Shown: positions 26,053 through 40,049 of the stretch, piece by piece | Position numbering within the stretch: the first letter of the stretch is position 1 | Layout of the letters: each line of letters begins with the position of its first letter | NCBI RefSeq assembly: GCF_964204645.1 | Contig: NC_134027.1 | Coordinates: 20,112,560-20,176,559, forward strand | DNA from: Tubulanus polymorphus | Lineage: Eukaryota; Animalia; Nemertea | Length of the DNA: 64,000 bases | Direction of reading: 5' to 3' | Made by a program: the position numbers and the translations under genes | The notes under the pieces: generated by a model | What the model saw: the letters and a program-made list of their open reading frames with translations, nothing else | Told to the model about the DNA's origin: nothing | The model's database searches: none

Positions 26053-27246
26053 GTTAGCTGTAATAAAGTGATGATTTATCTAATTTAAGACTTTGGCTTG
26101 ATTTATATTTTTAAACATTTTATGTCTTTGTAGCCCACTGGGTCATATATGACCCAGTCAGAGGATGCTGGAAAAATCACTTGATTCTGATAGCTGGCAT
26201 GCTAATGTATTATTCACTAGCTGCAAATATTTTTCTGACACCTATAAGATGGTTTGGGCTTCCCAAGGGGTTACGAGAAACCATTCTATCATACATATTT
26301 TCACAGTCTATGTGCCGAGTACTATGGACCTCCCAAAAGTGACGCATGTATAAATCCTGACCAACATGGGTTAAGAGTTCTGTGTACTTATTTCTATTAT
26401 CGTCATAACCGCCATCTATTTTTCATACTGGCCTGTGCCAAATGCCATACCCTACAACCTAGAACTGCTCTGAGAACGATTCTTACACATCCGGTGGAAT
26501 GTACGTCGAGTGCTCTCACGTATTTCAAATTGCTGGGCATGGACCCGTGCGTGTCTTCCTTCTCGACAGGCGAGGTTAGAAATCGTCTTACACTTTCCTG
26601 GGGTTTTTGTAACAAAAGATTTTTCCTTAGGTTTTAGTGCAGGGATAACGGGTTAAAATGATACTATCGTAGACATGAATAAGTAACACTCTTGTTGATT
26701 ATAACCTTAGATTTTATTTGAAAGATGGTCACTCGATGAATTGCTTTTGTGTTCCCAATTGCGTTACTCCAGATAGATATTATAACTTATAGGCCGGCCA
26801 GCGGAGTCGAGAGCTAAAGACAGGGATACAGAGAATAAATATTCACATCACATCAAATCAAAAGTATAGAAGGTACGTTCTTCTCCTCATCTGGATTATT
26901 AGAGACGTTCGACACGGGATCGCTTCTGATAGAAAGTTCAGCTCTCTTTATAGTCTTTATTACATTCACACGGTATCAACGGGTCAACCAGCAGTACTTT
27001 TCAGCTATGTGTCCTCAAAAATGGAAATTTGGCTTAACCCTTCGTGAGCGGCTCCCGACTATAGTCGGGAAATCTCGAACCACGGAAACTAAGCGTCTCC
27101 CGACTTTAGTCGGAAATTTTGTTTCCGATTGCTCTAGGAGGTGCTGCCACCCGTGGCTTACCGGAAAACTAATCTGCGTTGTAAATCGATAGCGCACGGT
27201 GTACACTAACTGAACAAGTGTCTGTGACGTACTAATACATGTAGTA

Positions 27247-29329
27247 ATGGCTGCCTCCAGGCCGAAACGAATAACACTTGATGCTGCACTCAGCTATTTT
27301 AAAGGAGACTCAGATAGTGATGACTTATCGGATATTTCAACCAGCAGCGTTGCTTCAAACGGTTTAGTTGTTAGTAACGATGAAAGTAGAGGGTCAGTCG
27401 AAGTGAGCAGCGATGAATCGGAAGATAGCCAGGACGATGGTGATGGGGGGGTAGGGGATAACGTTGCCCCACCCCAAAATTTGCAGCATCGAATCCTTGA
27501 CCACGAGGACTGGGAGGATATCACTGAAGGTGATAGACCGTATTATCCTGTTAGTGAAGAATCTACAGGAAACCCAGGTCCAACGGTGAGTTTTCTTATC
27601 TTTTTATGATGAAAATTGTTGTCAGGGGTGACCTATTGTAAAAAATTTTTTATCCCGACCATAGTCGGGAGCCGCTTTTGACCGTTTTTTTTCCAGTTCT
27701 AGGGAACAAACCCAGAATTTTCATTTCTGTTTCAGAATAATTAGTTTGGTTATAGAACAGTTATTTAGTACACATATATGTTTATATATTTCAGCTTCCA
27801 AGAATGGTAGGACATGAGCCGATTGACTACTTTCGGCTATTTTGGCCAAATCACGTGCTCGATCGAATTTGTCAAAACACCGACACCATAACCAGAGCGA
27901 AAATTGCTGCAACTGACGTGGCTGGAGACCTAAAACCATCTTCAAGGCTGAGAAAGTGGAAAACACCTACTCGTGAAGATTTACTTTGTGTTTTTGGGAT
28001 GGTGATCAACATGGGTGTCATCAGATTGCCATCGATTTGGGACTACTTCTCAGCACGGCGTACCATAAATATCCCATTCTTCCATAACAGCATGCCACGT
28101 GATAAGTTGCTACTCTTGTTTTGGAATCTTCATGTGGCAGAGCCCATAGCTGCAGGACAGCCTTTGCCATCCAAAGGATACAAAGTAGCATGGCTTGTTG
28201 AGCATGTCAACAGCAAAAGTCAAGAATTCTTTACTCTCGGCGAGGGGATCTCAATTGATGAGACCATGATTCTATTCAAGGGCCCATTGGGTTTTTACAG
28301 TACAACCCAAAAAAACCCATCAAGTGGGGAATGAAAATGTATGCCCTAGCTGATTCCAGTACTGGATACAAGTACAAAATGAACATGTATCTGGGGAAGG
28401 ACCCTGGTGCCGGTGATGCTCCAAATGATGCGGAACTGACCAAAGTTGCCCAGACTGTGATGAATCTTGTTGATGTCATCGACACTCCTGGTCATATATT
28501 AGTCATGGACAGATTTTTCAGGACCATGGCTCTAGCAGAAAAGCTCATTGACAATGGCTTTTCCATTCTGGGTACAATGATGCCTAACCGTAAAGGCCTG
28601 CCTCCGCCCATGAAAAACACCAAGGGCATGAAGCGTGGCGATTCGAGGGCGGCAAGGAAAGACGATATTATGGTACTCCAATGGAGAGACAAGCGTGTCA
28701 TTACCATGATATCAAGTATCCATGGTCCTGATGAGTGGACTGATGTTCCTGCAAAGAAAGTCGGTGACCCCCCACGCCACAAGCCTACATGTGTCACCGA
28801 TTACTATCGACTCATGGGTGGCGTCGATGTCAACGACCAGCTTGCTTGCTACTATAACTTTGAGCGAATATCTGTAAAATGGTGGAGGAAAGTTTTCTTT
28901 CATCTCCTCGAAGTTACGATTGTGAATGCTCACATCCTCTACCGGCAGGATTGTGAACTCCGTGGCATTGACAAGAAGGATATTCTGTCAACGAAGAAAT
29001 TTCGCTTGGCGTTGGTCGATGAAATGTCACCACACCGGGCTAATGCCCGAGTACCACCACCTGTTGATGGTGGACAAAGACCTGAAAGACTTGATGGAGC
29101 CCAACATTTCCAATTGAAAGGAGACAACCCCAAAGAATGCAAAGTGTGCTCTGATCGAAAACTGGGCAAAACATTTCGTAATGAGACAGTATACATGTGC
29201 GGCAAATGTGGGGACCGCCCACCCCTCCACCCAGAGTGTATGTTGCGATATCATTCAGTTGTGAACTATAAGGCCCCAAAAGAGAAAGCAGCAACAAAAA
29301 CCAAAAATTTCAGTGGTGGAAAACTGTAA
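27247..29329 (+). pseudogene. piggyBac transposase 2 (exon 27247-27585, intron 27586-27794, exon 27795-29329 with one frameshift near 28295)
   Basis: Phase-0 GT-AG intron joins the ORFs. Motifs SIDETM, MDRFF, MGGVD and C-terminal CKVC...CGKC...LHPEC...YH. Confidence 0.9.
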
Positions 29330-29454
29330 AAATGTAACAAACAGTAAACTTGGAACATTCATGGTGTTTTTATTTGAAAAAACATGAAAAATACATATTG
29401 TACATACTGATAAGTATCATTTTCGGAACGTGTATATACGTATACATATATATT

Positions 29455-29566
<112 letters not shown>

Positions 29567-31682
29567 TATATATATATTTATAAATATTTATATATATATA
29601 AACACATACAGGTATTTTATTTCCATATGCATATACCCTATATGGATTCCTGTAGTTATGAAAACTAATAAACTTTCATTCATTGCACTTCAGTCAAATA
29701 TTCAAATTTTTCGGTACTTGATCTAGCTACCACATAAGTTCAAAATTTCCCAAAGTACATGAAAGAATTACAATTTATGACTATTGCCTGATAGAAAACA
29801 TGTTTGGCAGTTGTTTTAGTGCTGTTTTGAAACCATAACCTTTCCCAGTTTGGCAGAATTGGATTTTTTCTGAGAAAATAATGAGAAACTATACACGCGG
29901 CGGCCATTTTGAATTTCACCGTTGCCATGGCAACGACAACAATCGCCATGATGCCCAGTGTAAAATAATCCTGTGGTCAATATACATTATATCTGAAAGT
30001 TATATGTGAATCCATTTAGTAGTTTTACTGTGGCAGGCAGTTAAAAACTTAAGGTCAAAAGGCCTGAAATTACCCCAAAAATGGCTTCGCTCTGGTGGCA
30101 AAACTTGTCAAAAATGGTGCGCTCACGAAGGGTTAATCCTATGTCTGCTCCATAGAGCATATACCATTAGCAGTAGTTGGCTCGTTTTCTCACAAGAAAT
30201 TGATTTCCTCAAAAACGTTTTCCACAAAAATTGCTACCCACAAGATTTGTTTAATTCGTGTTTAAGAAGATTTTTGAATAACAAATGTAGTGATGATACT
30301 CCCGCTAGTATGGTCAGGGAAGATAAGGTCAAAACACTTTTTTTCGTTCCTTACATAGGTCTCCCTTCGATTATATTTAGCAGAAAACTCAAGAGTCTAT
30401 TCAAACAATATTACAACTTGGATATTCGTATTGTCTTTATTTCTTTCAAAATTAGGAACTACTTTTCGCTCAAGTCCCATACTCCTTCACCCTTGTTGGC
30501 CAATGTAATCTATAAATTCAAATGTTTGCGTGATGCAAATAATGCATTAATTGGTAAAACAATGCGACATTTGGCCACAAGGGTAAAGAACATGGAACTT
30601 CGCTTTCAGCGATTAAGGAACATTTAACATCATGTAAAAATTGTGCATCAAACTTTTCTTTAAAAAACAACTTTTCAATCATTGATTCTGGCAAATTGAC
30701 TTTGAAATCACCATCAAAGAGGCATAAAATCTAAAAAACCAAGTATTAACAAACAACTTTCAACACATGGCGTCTCATTTTTACTGAGCGTATTTTGATA
30801 TGTTTATTATCCATTTGTACTTTGTAAACTTGGCCACTTTAGCCTGCATGATATTCTCTGTAATTAGTAATAGTATACTAAGTATAGTTTGTATTTTCAT
30901 GTCATTTCTTGAAAAGGACTCGAAGAGATGAGTCGAAATCGATCAAAACGGATAACATGTAAATAACCCTATTATCATCATGAAGATTGTGATGGCTGCG
31001 TTTTTATTATTATCTAACTATCTTGATAACCTTCCGAAATTAGTTTACGTCTATTCGTTTCAGCACCAACCAGTTTGACTTCAAAACTACACGGGTAGTT
31101 CCAATGCAATGGAGCTAGAACTGAAAAGCCTAAAAGCTCTGAGAAAATCAGGGGGAAGATTAGTCAAAGTCTGTCGTACTGGTAGGCCATAAAAGTGCCG
31201 CAGACTGGACGACATTCATTTCGGCACAGCGATTATTCTAAACTATTTGTTTGAAATGTAAACAAATTCCTTCTTTTGCAATTATTTATATTGCGAGAAT
31301 AGTGCACCTTCGTGAACTCATGGTGTGAGCAATCCATTGTTAATAGGCTACGTCTATTTATTGCTACCAGCAGTTGTACGTATAGTGAGAAAATTATTAC
31401 TTTCATTCGGCACGGAGTGGAAAATGAAAGTGTTGTCCTATATCCACGCACCACCTATCGGAACGGTGGCAAGTGAGTTTTTCAGTCAGGTAGTGACGTG
31501 GTTGGTATAAAACCTATCACAGGGTTTCGGTGTATGCATGTAAATTTAGGAAGCATGGGTGCGCCAAACATGGATGTGTAATCATTCTAGGTCGGCAGCG
31601 CGAGGAGAGCACATCAAATTTTCGACATAGTTTTCGTTACTTTGCCACGTGGTGTTTTTCTCAGTGTTACAATCAGTTTAAT

Positions 31683-32270
31683 ATGGCTGAAGGTGGCAAG
31701 TCCGCGACGACAATAATCGGGGCCAGCGGAACTAATAACGCGGGCACGAGTAAAGTTTTGTCGGCCCATCAGTTATTCAACCGATTGGATGCCTTAGTGA
31801 CAGAAAAAGTTGGGATGAATTTGTCTAAAGGTATGGAGGTGTTAAAAGAAAGACAAAAGTTAATCCTGTTAGCTGACTCGAGCGAGCATGGTTGGCAAAC
31901 AGTAAGGGAATATATTACCAATGACTTAGCGGACAATTCAGATGACGAGTCGAGAATTAAAAAGGCAGAGAATAGAGCCAGTGGAAAATTCAGGGAGAAG
32001 TTGGCAGCAGCGAGGCGAAATTTTAGTCGTTCCGGTTACAGTAATTCATCAAGTATCGCGACAGCAGCGGCAGGGAGTGCTGCTGTCACTATGACCGGAG
32101 ATCAATTTTATAACAGCAAATACTGGAGTGGGGGTAGTTTTGGCCCGAAAGCAAGGGACCAGTGTTTTCAGTGGGGCCAGGAGGGACAATGGAGACTGGG
32201 CTGTCCTTTAAATAGAAATATGGCAACGACAGGATCAGCAGGTGGTTTGGGAAACCAGGCATATAAGTAG
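31683..32270 (+). pseudogene. DIRS/Ngaro-type gag fragment
   Basis: LKERQKLILLADSSEHGWQTVREY..NDLADNSDDESRIKKAE and a decayed CCHC knuckle CFQWGQEGQWRLGCP. Confidence 0.7.
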
Positions 32271-32336
32271 TGTTTTTTTCTCATTGTAAGCAAATAGTGT
32301 TTTTTCTCAATGTCCCCACTGGAAGCAAGTATTTGA

Positions 32337-32681
32337 GTGCAGTCTGGCATCCCTAAGAGACAGAAGAAACATGGGGACTGCCCAACTTGTGGCGACACTG
32401 GTCCATCTATACACCAGGTGACTGCGAAACATCAAGGCGATTCGACAGCGTACACCACTGGTATGTCCAGGGACAAGATAATCGAGGCACAAGTAAATGA
32501 CCCCAAAATATTAGAAATTAGGGAGTTCTTGGCCGGAGATGGGGTCAAGGACAGGAAACAGCTACAACGGTGTGGTAAAACAGCTAGGAGCCTCTATAGT
32601 CTGGTTGAGCGTTTAGAGCTTTTAGATGGCATTCTTGCGCTTAAACCACTTCTGGGGCTACCTCAACGAGACACAGAGTAG
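32337..32681 (+). pseudogene. Gypsy pol linker (RNase H to integrase) fragment
   Basis: CPTC...IIEAQVNDPKI..IREFL...LELLDGIL. Confidence 0.55.
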
Positions 32682-32770
32682 TACTACTACTAGTGCTACT
32701 AATAAAATCCCCGCCATTTAGTCTAGTCATTGCAGCCAACTCATGATTTGAACTATTTATCATTTCTAGT

Positions 32771-33604
32771 ATGGACTGTATCGAGTTTGGCCAGTTATCT
32801 AGCCTCCACGAGGAGACACAGACCCTTAAACTGCAGGTCTCGAAAGAAGTTTGTTCCACCCTTCATAGACAGGATGCGACCCTCAGTGAATTAAGAGCAA
32901 AAATGGGCAGATTTTATAACTCTGCCGTAGAACAGTCGTTTGTGGAGGATCCTGGTCGCATAGTAACCGGTGCGGTAGTAACCGACCTCAAGACGACCAA
33001 GACCAGGCGTTTACGGCCGAAGATGAGTACAGCAGCATTTGAGTGCATCAGCCAGGCACTAGTGGACGCCCTGACCGGATGTGGTGGCAACTCGTCACAC
33101 CTCTGGCTGAAACTTCGAGACTTGAAGCAAAAGGCAGTCGAGGACCTACCAATCGTGTTGCTGGGAGATTCAATGTTTACGGGGCTGAAGGCCAGCAGCA
33201 GTCTGATTCCCATGTGCCACCCTGGGGAACAACTCAGTGATTTGTTGGAGTACCTCCCACATGTATCCTTTAGGACAAGAGCGATTGTTATCACGCATGG
33301 AATGAACCATGCCAGCGACTATGGCAAGACAACGGAGGAGTTTGCAGATGTTATGGCGTTGCTCAAGAGCAAGCACCCTTCTGTCCCCCTTTTCCATATA
33401 CAGACCCCTGTCCCTCCCTGCTGGCGTGGTGACCACAATCGGGTAAACAATATCAACCGGGTTAATGTCTTCACCCTCAGTGTTGGGTTCCAACAGGTCG
33501 ATCATCCAGAAATTCCGGATTCTGATTTTGTGGGGATCCACTACAAAAAGTCAGCAATGCAAGATGTCTTTCGGGAAATAATCCGTGTAATAGATCGCGT
33601 CTGA
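32771..33604 (+). CDS. SGNH/GDSL hydrolase-like ORF with N-terminal coiled coil, probably retroelement-borne
   Basis: Open 277-aa frame with VLLGDSM (block I), HPG (II), THGMNH (III) and FVGIHY (V). Confidence 0.65.
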   Translation: MDCIEFGQLSSLHEETQTLKLQVSKEVCSTLHRQDATLSELRAKMGRFYNSAVEQSFVEDPGRIVTGAVVTDLKTTKTRRLRPKMSTAAFECISQALVDALTGCGGNSSHLWLKLRDLKQKAVEDLPIVLLGDSMFTGLKASSSLIPMCHPGEQLSDLLEYLPHVSFRTRAIVITHGMNHASDYGKTTEEFADVMALLKSKHPSVPLFHIQTPVPPCWRGDHNRVNNINRVNVFTLSVGFQQVDHPEIPDSDFVGIHYKKSAMQDVFREIIRVIDRV

Positions 33605-35321
33605 ATGTATTTCCTTCGGTACCTAACGATGGTAAACCTTGGGTTGCTTATTCTTTGTAATGTTAGTGAGAAAAAGCCATTCAGTCCACATACTACCACA
33701 CGTGACCCCCCAGATGTAGCACACCCAATTGTGAACAGATTTTTTCCGTTTCCTTTCGATTATATTTTTCAGCTCCCCAGGATGAGGAACAGTGGCAGAG
33801 GGGCAAACCAAGTGCAGCGTCCATTGGCCGTATCTACCTTTTGATGGTATGGATATTTTTGGTTAGACACTACACTTAGGTATGTCCCGAAAACACAAAC
33901 CACAGGAACCACAAACCACCAGTGAAGATCGACAGCTGCATATATCCTAATCACTGAGATGCAACCCGAATGCGAAACATAATGACTAGCGTTAGATGTC
34001 ATGTTAGATGTCTACTGTATCCAGAGCTGAGAAGTTTGGAGCTCAATATTGTATAATATGGAATATATTATTGTTTAAATATGTGTAAATATTTTGACTA
34101 AAAAATATACATTCCTGTACAAATTGGAGTTTGAACAAGTTGAAGGGGGGGGGGGGGTGGTGTGATGGAATATGTCCATCAGTCGTCTTATTTGTAACTG
34201 GAGGGTGCTGCCCCCTCTTGGAATAAATACAGAACAATACTGTATACAATCTTTACTGGGCCCGAGTAGAACATTCATTTTCCATCATGAATGCCATTCT
34301 GGATAAAACATCAAATAGTATGCACGCTTCAACACTCGCTGACTTGAAGGCTGTAACGGGTCTCGTACCCGTTATAATGTATATAGTTTACCATCGGTAA
34401 TTAGTGTATATTCAGTGGAATAAATCACCGCTAGGTGCTGTCTCTTAGAAGTGGAACCATTGTCCGAGTAAGTTCGTTATTCTTTTGTTCGGGAAAAATT
34501 GCCCCTTTATAGCCTATCGTCGGAGCGTAAATCATCCTTAAAGGTGGTATTAGAGATTTAGAAGACAGGATCGTTACAAGGCCAAAGGCAAAAGCTCGCT
34601 AGAAGTTTATCACGGACAGGACATAAATCATCATCAGTAGACAGGAAAGTGGCCTACCACATGCACACTGCTTACTCGAGATTTTCAACAAAAAATGCAC
34701 AAATCAGGGATAACAAAATCGCTGAAAAAAGAAAACTTGGTGTTGATTTCTCACAGGATACTGAGCTCATGCAACCCAAAAACGTTGCAAAAACAGGTCC
34801 ATCCAATAGATTTAGTCATGTGAGCCAGAAATGAACAACAGTCCATCAATTAGCCCAGGATACAAAGCGTAGGATTATGTCTAGGGCTAATGAAAGCTGT
34901 CGTCGTCGCCAGTCTCCTACATAAAATAGAAATATATACTTTTGCATTAGTCAGTTAGTTAGTTTATAGTAGCCGTGTTCTAGTAGCGTTTCTGGTATTA
35001 CTGCATTATAAGTTGCACAATGTTCACTTATTTAGGGGTTCGACCTCTACTGCTTGAGATGCTGATTGTTAAATGTGGATGTGCCAAAAATGTGGTGATC
35101 GTTCATGATGGGCCCAAGATCGCTGTGCTCAGAAAATGCTTTTAATTTTAAAAATTTTTTGAACCCCCTGGGGTTGCTTCGCACCTTCGCGTTCGCAAGG
35201 CGGTGCAGGAGTATAACTTTAAATTTTCCGGAATTTTCTTCTCTGGTGACTTTCCACCCAGAATGTCAACTTCTTGTAAGGGTGTAATAGTTAAAATTTT
35301 CTTTTGGTTTGAAAGTATATA

Positions 35322-37862
35322 CAGTAGACTCCGCATACCTTGGAGTCATACACCTCGGAATATTGCTTAGCTCAGAATTATTTCTCAAATGAAAATCTCC
35401 GAGTAGCTCTGAGTTGCATACGTCGGAATATTGCATACCTCAGAATGAATTTTTTTATAAATTGAGTCCTAAAATCGTGTACCTCGGAAATTCTGAACAT
35501 CGTCGCGACAATATTTTTTCAAAAACGCATCCCTAGCCTACTGCATAACAACTTGAAACAGATTAATCAATACCTGTTCTTGGACGCGACGTAAATCATC
35601 ATCTGTACTATGTTACCACGTGTATTGCGATAGATATATTCGTGTGAGTCAGTATTGAGCAGCGTATTACTGCATACACAGCTATTTCATAAACATGTCT
35701 AAAAGAAAATTGTCTAGTTATTCTCTAAGTCAAAAATTAGAAGTAATAACTTTTCATGAACAAAACCGGGAAGTAAAACAGAGACTGATTGCTGAGAAAT
35801 TTAAAGTGAATGAGAAGACGGTTAGTGACTGGATCAAGAACAAAGAGAAAATAAAAGGGCAAGAGTGTGGGGGTGGTTTTCAGAAGACCAAAAAAACGTG
35901 CACGCGAAGTTAAATTCAATGACCTGGATGCCGCTTTAATTCTATGGTTCAGACAGGTTATCCAAGAACCAGAAATAACCATCAATGGGGACATACTCCG
36001 TGAAAAAGCAATGATCAGGTAATCAGAGCATCCTGGATCGAACGCTTTAAAAAACGCTATGGAATATCGAAGATCAAAAAGTGTGGAGATGCAGGTTGTG
36101 TAATACAGGATATAGTTGAACAATGGTTGCAGGGTGGAATTCTAGATATTTTACGGTCGTATGCTTCAAGTGACATCTATAATTTGGATGAAACCGGACT
36201 GTTTTGGCAGATGCTGCCAGAACAATCTTTAGGGATTTCTGGAATAAAATATCACGGCGCCAAAAAACCAAAATCCCGCATAACTGTTCTTGTAGGAGCT
36301 AACATGGTCGGATCCGATAAGTTGCCTCTCCATACCATTGGGAAATTCAAAAATCCATGCGTATTCGAAAACATCAAGCGACTTCGAGTCGAATATCACA
36401 ATAATAAAAAAGCATGGATGACTGGAGATCTTTTTGTTGACTACTTTGAGAAATTGAACAGTAGGTTTAGGAGAGAAAATCGTAAGGGGTGCATCCTGGT
36501 TGATAACTGTACTGCCCACACTCCTTATGAACTCGATGATTTTTCAAATGTTGAAGTGCGATTCCTACCGAAAAACACAACATCAGTACTCCAGGCGATG
36601 GACGGTGGAATTATAAAAAATTTGAAAGTCCATTACCATCACATTCTCTGCCGGAAACGGTTGGCAGCTTATGAAGAGAAGGTTGAATTCCAGTGGACCT
36701 TTTAGATGCGGTTTATGGAATAAAAGCTGCATGGGAAAAAGTCACCGCATCAACGATCCAAAACTGTTTCAAGGCTACTGGTTATGCGCCTATACAAGGT
36801 CCAGAGAATAAACCACCTGTTGAGCAGCCAGAAGCTACTCGTCAATTTCGAAGTTTGTGGGAGACATTCGCAATAGAGTTTCAGTCGGCACCAATTACTG
36901 ACAACGAAATCAGTAGTGAATTTCGCAATGCGTTTGAATCTCTGTCTTCCCATGTCGACCTTCAGGGTTTAACAGCCGACGATTATGTCTCAGTTGATGC
37001 CAGTGATGACACATGTCCAGTGCTCACTGATGCAGAAATTGTTTCATCAGTTATTCAGGAAAACTTAGACATCCAGGTGGAAATAGACGACTTGCACTCT
37101 GAAAATCCTGAACTGATACCTCCTGTTACTAGGGCTGCTGCCATGTCTGCTGTGAGTACGGTCAGACGATACATTAAAGAATCATCGGACTCAACTGAAC
37201 AGCTTCTGAAATCTTCCGACGATCTGGAGAATTTCATTCTTACCAAGATATCAACAAAACAATCATCCATTCTGGACTTTTTTTCAAAGAAGTGACTGCT
37301 TAAAAATCATGGATACCAGTGGTGTAAGTTCTGAGATATAATAAACATTGGGTTTTACTTCAAATCAAGTTTCTCAAGTTTTAGATATTTTTCGTTAAAG
37401 GGGCTGTTGCAAGAATGCATATAATCAGCTGATGATCGTAAGAATTGGAAGCGTGCCAGTCGCGCTAGTTCTCGGCTGTCTTTAATACGAATAGCCAATT
37501 GAATGGATGTAGGCGGAGCTATAGACTTGTCACTGCACATCAAACCCGTGTTTTTAAATTCTCTCAACTGGGAAGGAGGGGCTTTACTTGGTGTACTACA
37601 GTATGATGATTTGATTGAAAAGTAACAAGTCAAATCTCCTGGGGGGAGGGGGGATATGAGGTTTTGATTGAAATAACAATAAAAGCCTGTCAGATATGGT
37701 ACATATACAATGTTTATTCAACATAGATCAGTATAAGAAGGATAATTTGAGCCCACGTGTCAGCAATAATTTTTTTATGACAAAATTTGCGAACCTCTGA
37801 AATCGCATACCTCAGAAAAGATTTTGCAGTCCCAAGAATTCCGAGGTAAGCGGAGTCTACTG
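35322..37862 (+). mobile_element. pogo/Tigger DNA transposon, full length
   Basis: TA TSD, ~25-bp TIR CAGTAGACTCCGC(A/T)TACCT and GCATACCTCGGAA subterminal repeats. Confidence 0.95.
35695..37295 (+). pseudogene. Tigger/CENP-B-like transposase with several frameshifts
   Basis: HTH (QKLEVI...IAEKFKV..KTVSDW), IYNLDETGLFW, KKAWMT, LVDNCTAH, LPKNTTSVLQAMDGGII and KQSSILDFF. Confidence 0.92.
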
Positions 37863-37959
37863 TAGTTCATACAATGATGTCATAAATTGAAATAACTATC
37901 AGGATATTGACAAATAGCTTGAGCTTAAAAATACATGACAGTACAATAATTGCTTACGT

Positions 37960-38300
37960 AGATGCTTGCGTTTATAAAATACCTTGTTTGGATTGTGACA
38001 AGTTTTATTCAGGTGGAACTGGTCCCTCTTACAGTGTTCGTATCAAAGAACAAAAGAATGATATCATCAATCAAAAACCTCAATGTGCCGTGGCTGTGGC
38101 TACCCATGTTTAGGATAATAATGATCACAGACTTGATTTTAATAGTTACATATAGATTTTCTGGGAGTGTCCAACAATGTTGCCTGAGCCACATAGTTGA
38201 GTTTTAATAAATTCACACTTCAATCTGTGTCAATGGTATCCTTGGTATCTCTCCCTATAATAAACTTTTGTCCCAGTTCATTGAACTAATAAACAATCAG
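37960..38300 (+). pseudogene. Penelope-like GIY-YIG fragment, same family as 6171-6524
   Basis: VYKIPCLDCDKFY.G.TG...RIKE.K.DIINQKPQ, similar in DNA to 6190-6500. Confidence 0.8.
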
Positions 38301-38379
38301 ACTGCAGTGATGGCAGAAAGTTGGTGCACAAGGTCTGCATTCAGACAGAGAAACAGGCCAAATGCACCTGCAGAGAGAA

Positions 38380-38780
38380 TCAAGACCATACAAAACAACT
38401 CCAATTGGTTCAAAATGATGCTGCTAGGCTTGCACCTAGCCGTAGAGAACATTATCACCCATGTTTTAAAAGATTTGCATTGGCTTCCTGTCTCATACCG
38501 TTCGGACTTGTTCCTCACTACTTATAAAAGCCTTAAAGGTCTTTGACCATCTTATCTCAATGAGCTTTTAGTAGAGTATGTGCCTGTTCGTCAACTCTGC
38601 TCCACAAAAAATGGTTTGTTTTTCAAGACAATTTTCGAAAAAGAAAGTTGGTTCCTAATGCTTTTAATTCTTAAAATAGGTACTACAGTGTTTAATGTTG
38701 GGGTTGGTGTTTTATGTAAAGCGCAATGAATCTTTTTTTAGAAAAGTAGCGCTAAAAAAAAAGCATATTTTATTATTATT
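38380..38780 (+). mobile_element. CR1/L2 LINE 3' fragment
   Basis: QLVQNDAARL, ITHVLKDLHWLPV and a short (ATT)n tail. Confidence 0.75.
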
Positions 38781-38839
38781 CTCATCTATAATTCATTATC
38801 TCATCTATATCTCATCTGGATGAGACTTGGTAAAATGCA

Positions 38840-39370
38840 GGATCAGTTCCAGATAAGATATCGTTTGATACAAAAATAAAAAGCAAAAAGATGCTATTCT
38901 TAGTGGACTGCCGTGCAGTTAGAAAGAATGTTGGCAGCACTAGGAGAGATTCACTGATTCAGTATTCAAATCTGGTGGAAAAAATGCTGACCACCATGAC
39001 GACATGAATGGAGACAATTTTGAGCTGTGGTTCACAGAAAAATCATTACCGAAGCTGCCTCCAAAAAGTGTCATCATTAAGGACAACACCAGCTATCATT
39101 CTGTTTGAACTGAAGGTAGACCAGTTTCTAATTCCAGCATAGAAGACATGCAAGTCTGGCTCAGTTCAAAATTAATTTCTGGGTCCCTGATTTGCCGAAG
39201 CCAGTTCTATACAAAAATATTCATCAACACAAACTGCGATATATATCCCATAGAATAGATGTTTTGGCTGAAGAAAATTTACACCATATTTGAAGACTGC
39301 CTCTGTAATATTGTGAACTGAACCCCATTGAGATGATCTGGGCTAAAATCAAACTGTACGCCTCAGCCAT
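38840..39370 (+). pseudogene. Tc1/IS630-like (DDE_3) transposase remnant
   Basis: DHHDDMNGDNFELWF...SVIIKDNTSYHS and RLPL*YCELNPIEMIWAKIK. Confidence 0.75.
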
Positions 39371-40049
39371 CAATACCACAATTTGGATGTCATTTAAAAC
39401 CCTGGAAGGCCCACAGTGACACTGGCGTTGCATAAATTTTGAGAGGCTGTGAAGACCATGTTCAAACATAATTTTCACTACCTTTTGGGCCCAATGTGAC
39501 ATACGTGTTACAACAATAGCGACATCTGTTGATAAAATCTTGAAATAATTTTTTATGGCAAGTGAGTCAACATGGTTGCCTCCATGGAATTTTTCACAGT
39601 CAAAAATTAGCAACTTTGGACGCATAATACTGCATGTTACAGGTATGTATAGCTCGTAATTTGATATCATTTGAGTGAATAAGTTAACGTAGAATACGGG
39701 GAACATCAGTGAGTGGCTGAACAAAAAGTGAATATTTTTTCCCAACGTATGTAACACCCGTGTTACATTGGGTCTTACTGGCAAATCATATTTTAACCTG
39801 AAAAATGTTATTTTGTGTTATTTAGGTGATCATGGCTACCAGAATAGAATAATATGATTTATTTTTCATCATCATGTCATGCAAGTTACAATATAGTTAC
39901 GTTAAACATAGTTTTTACAGACAAAGGATGAGTAATCCTAGTAATCCTAATCGACGCCAAGTTATTCCCTTGAGCGAGGTTCTACAAGAGCTAGATATAA
40001 GACTATAATAACAGTGACGTCATCGATAATGATAGTAGTCTTGCACAGA

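Larger units (their letters stand above)
22995..26270 (+). mobile_element. piggyBac transposon 1 (PGBD3-like), disrupted
   Basis: TTAA|CCCTGGGTAGCCC ... GGGCTTCCCAAGGGG|TTAC. Palindromic GGGTCAYATRTGACCC repeats near 23010, 23365 and 26140. Confidence 0.85.

Noticed and set aside
26365-26374. CATGGG-TTAA as the right end of piggyBac 1
   Set aside because: It matches the left TIR only at CCC. 26256-26270 matches much better despite its TTAC flank.
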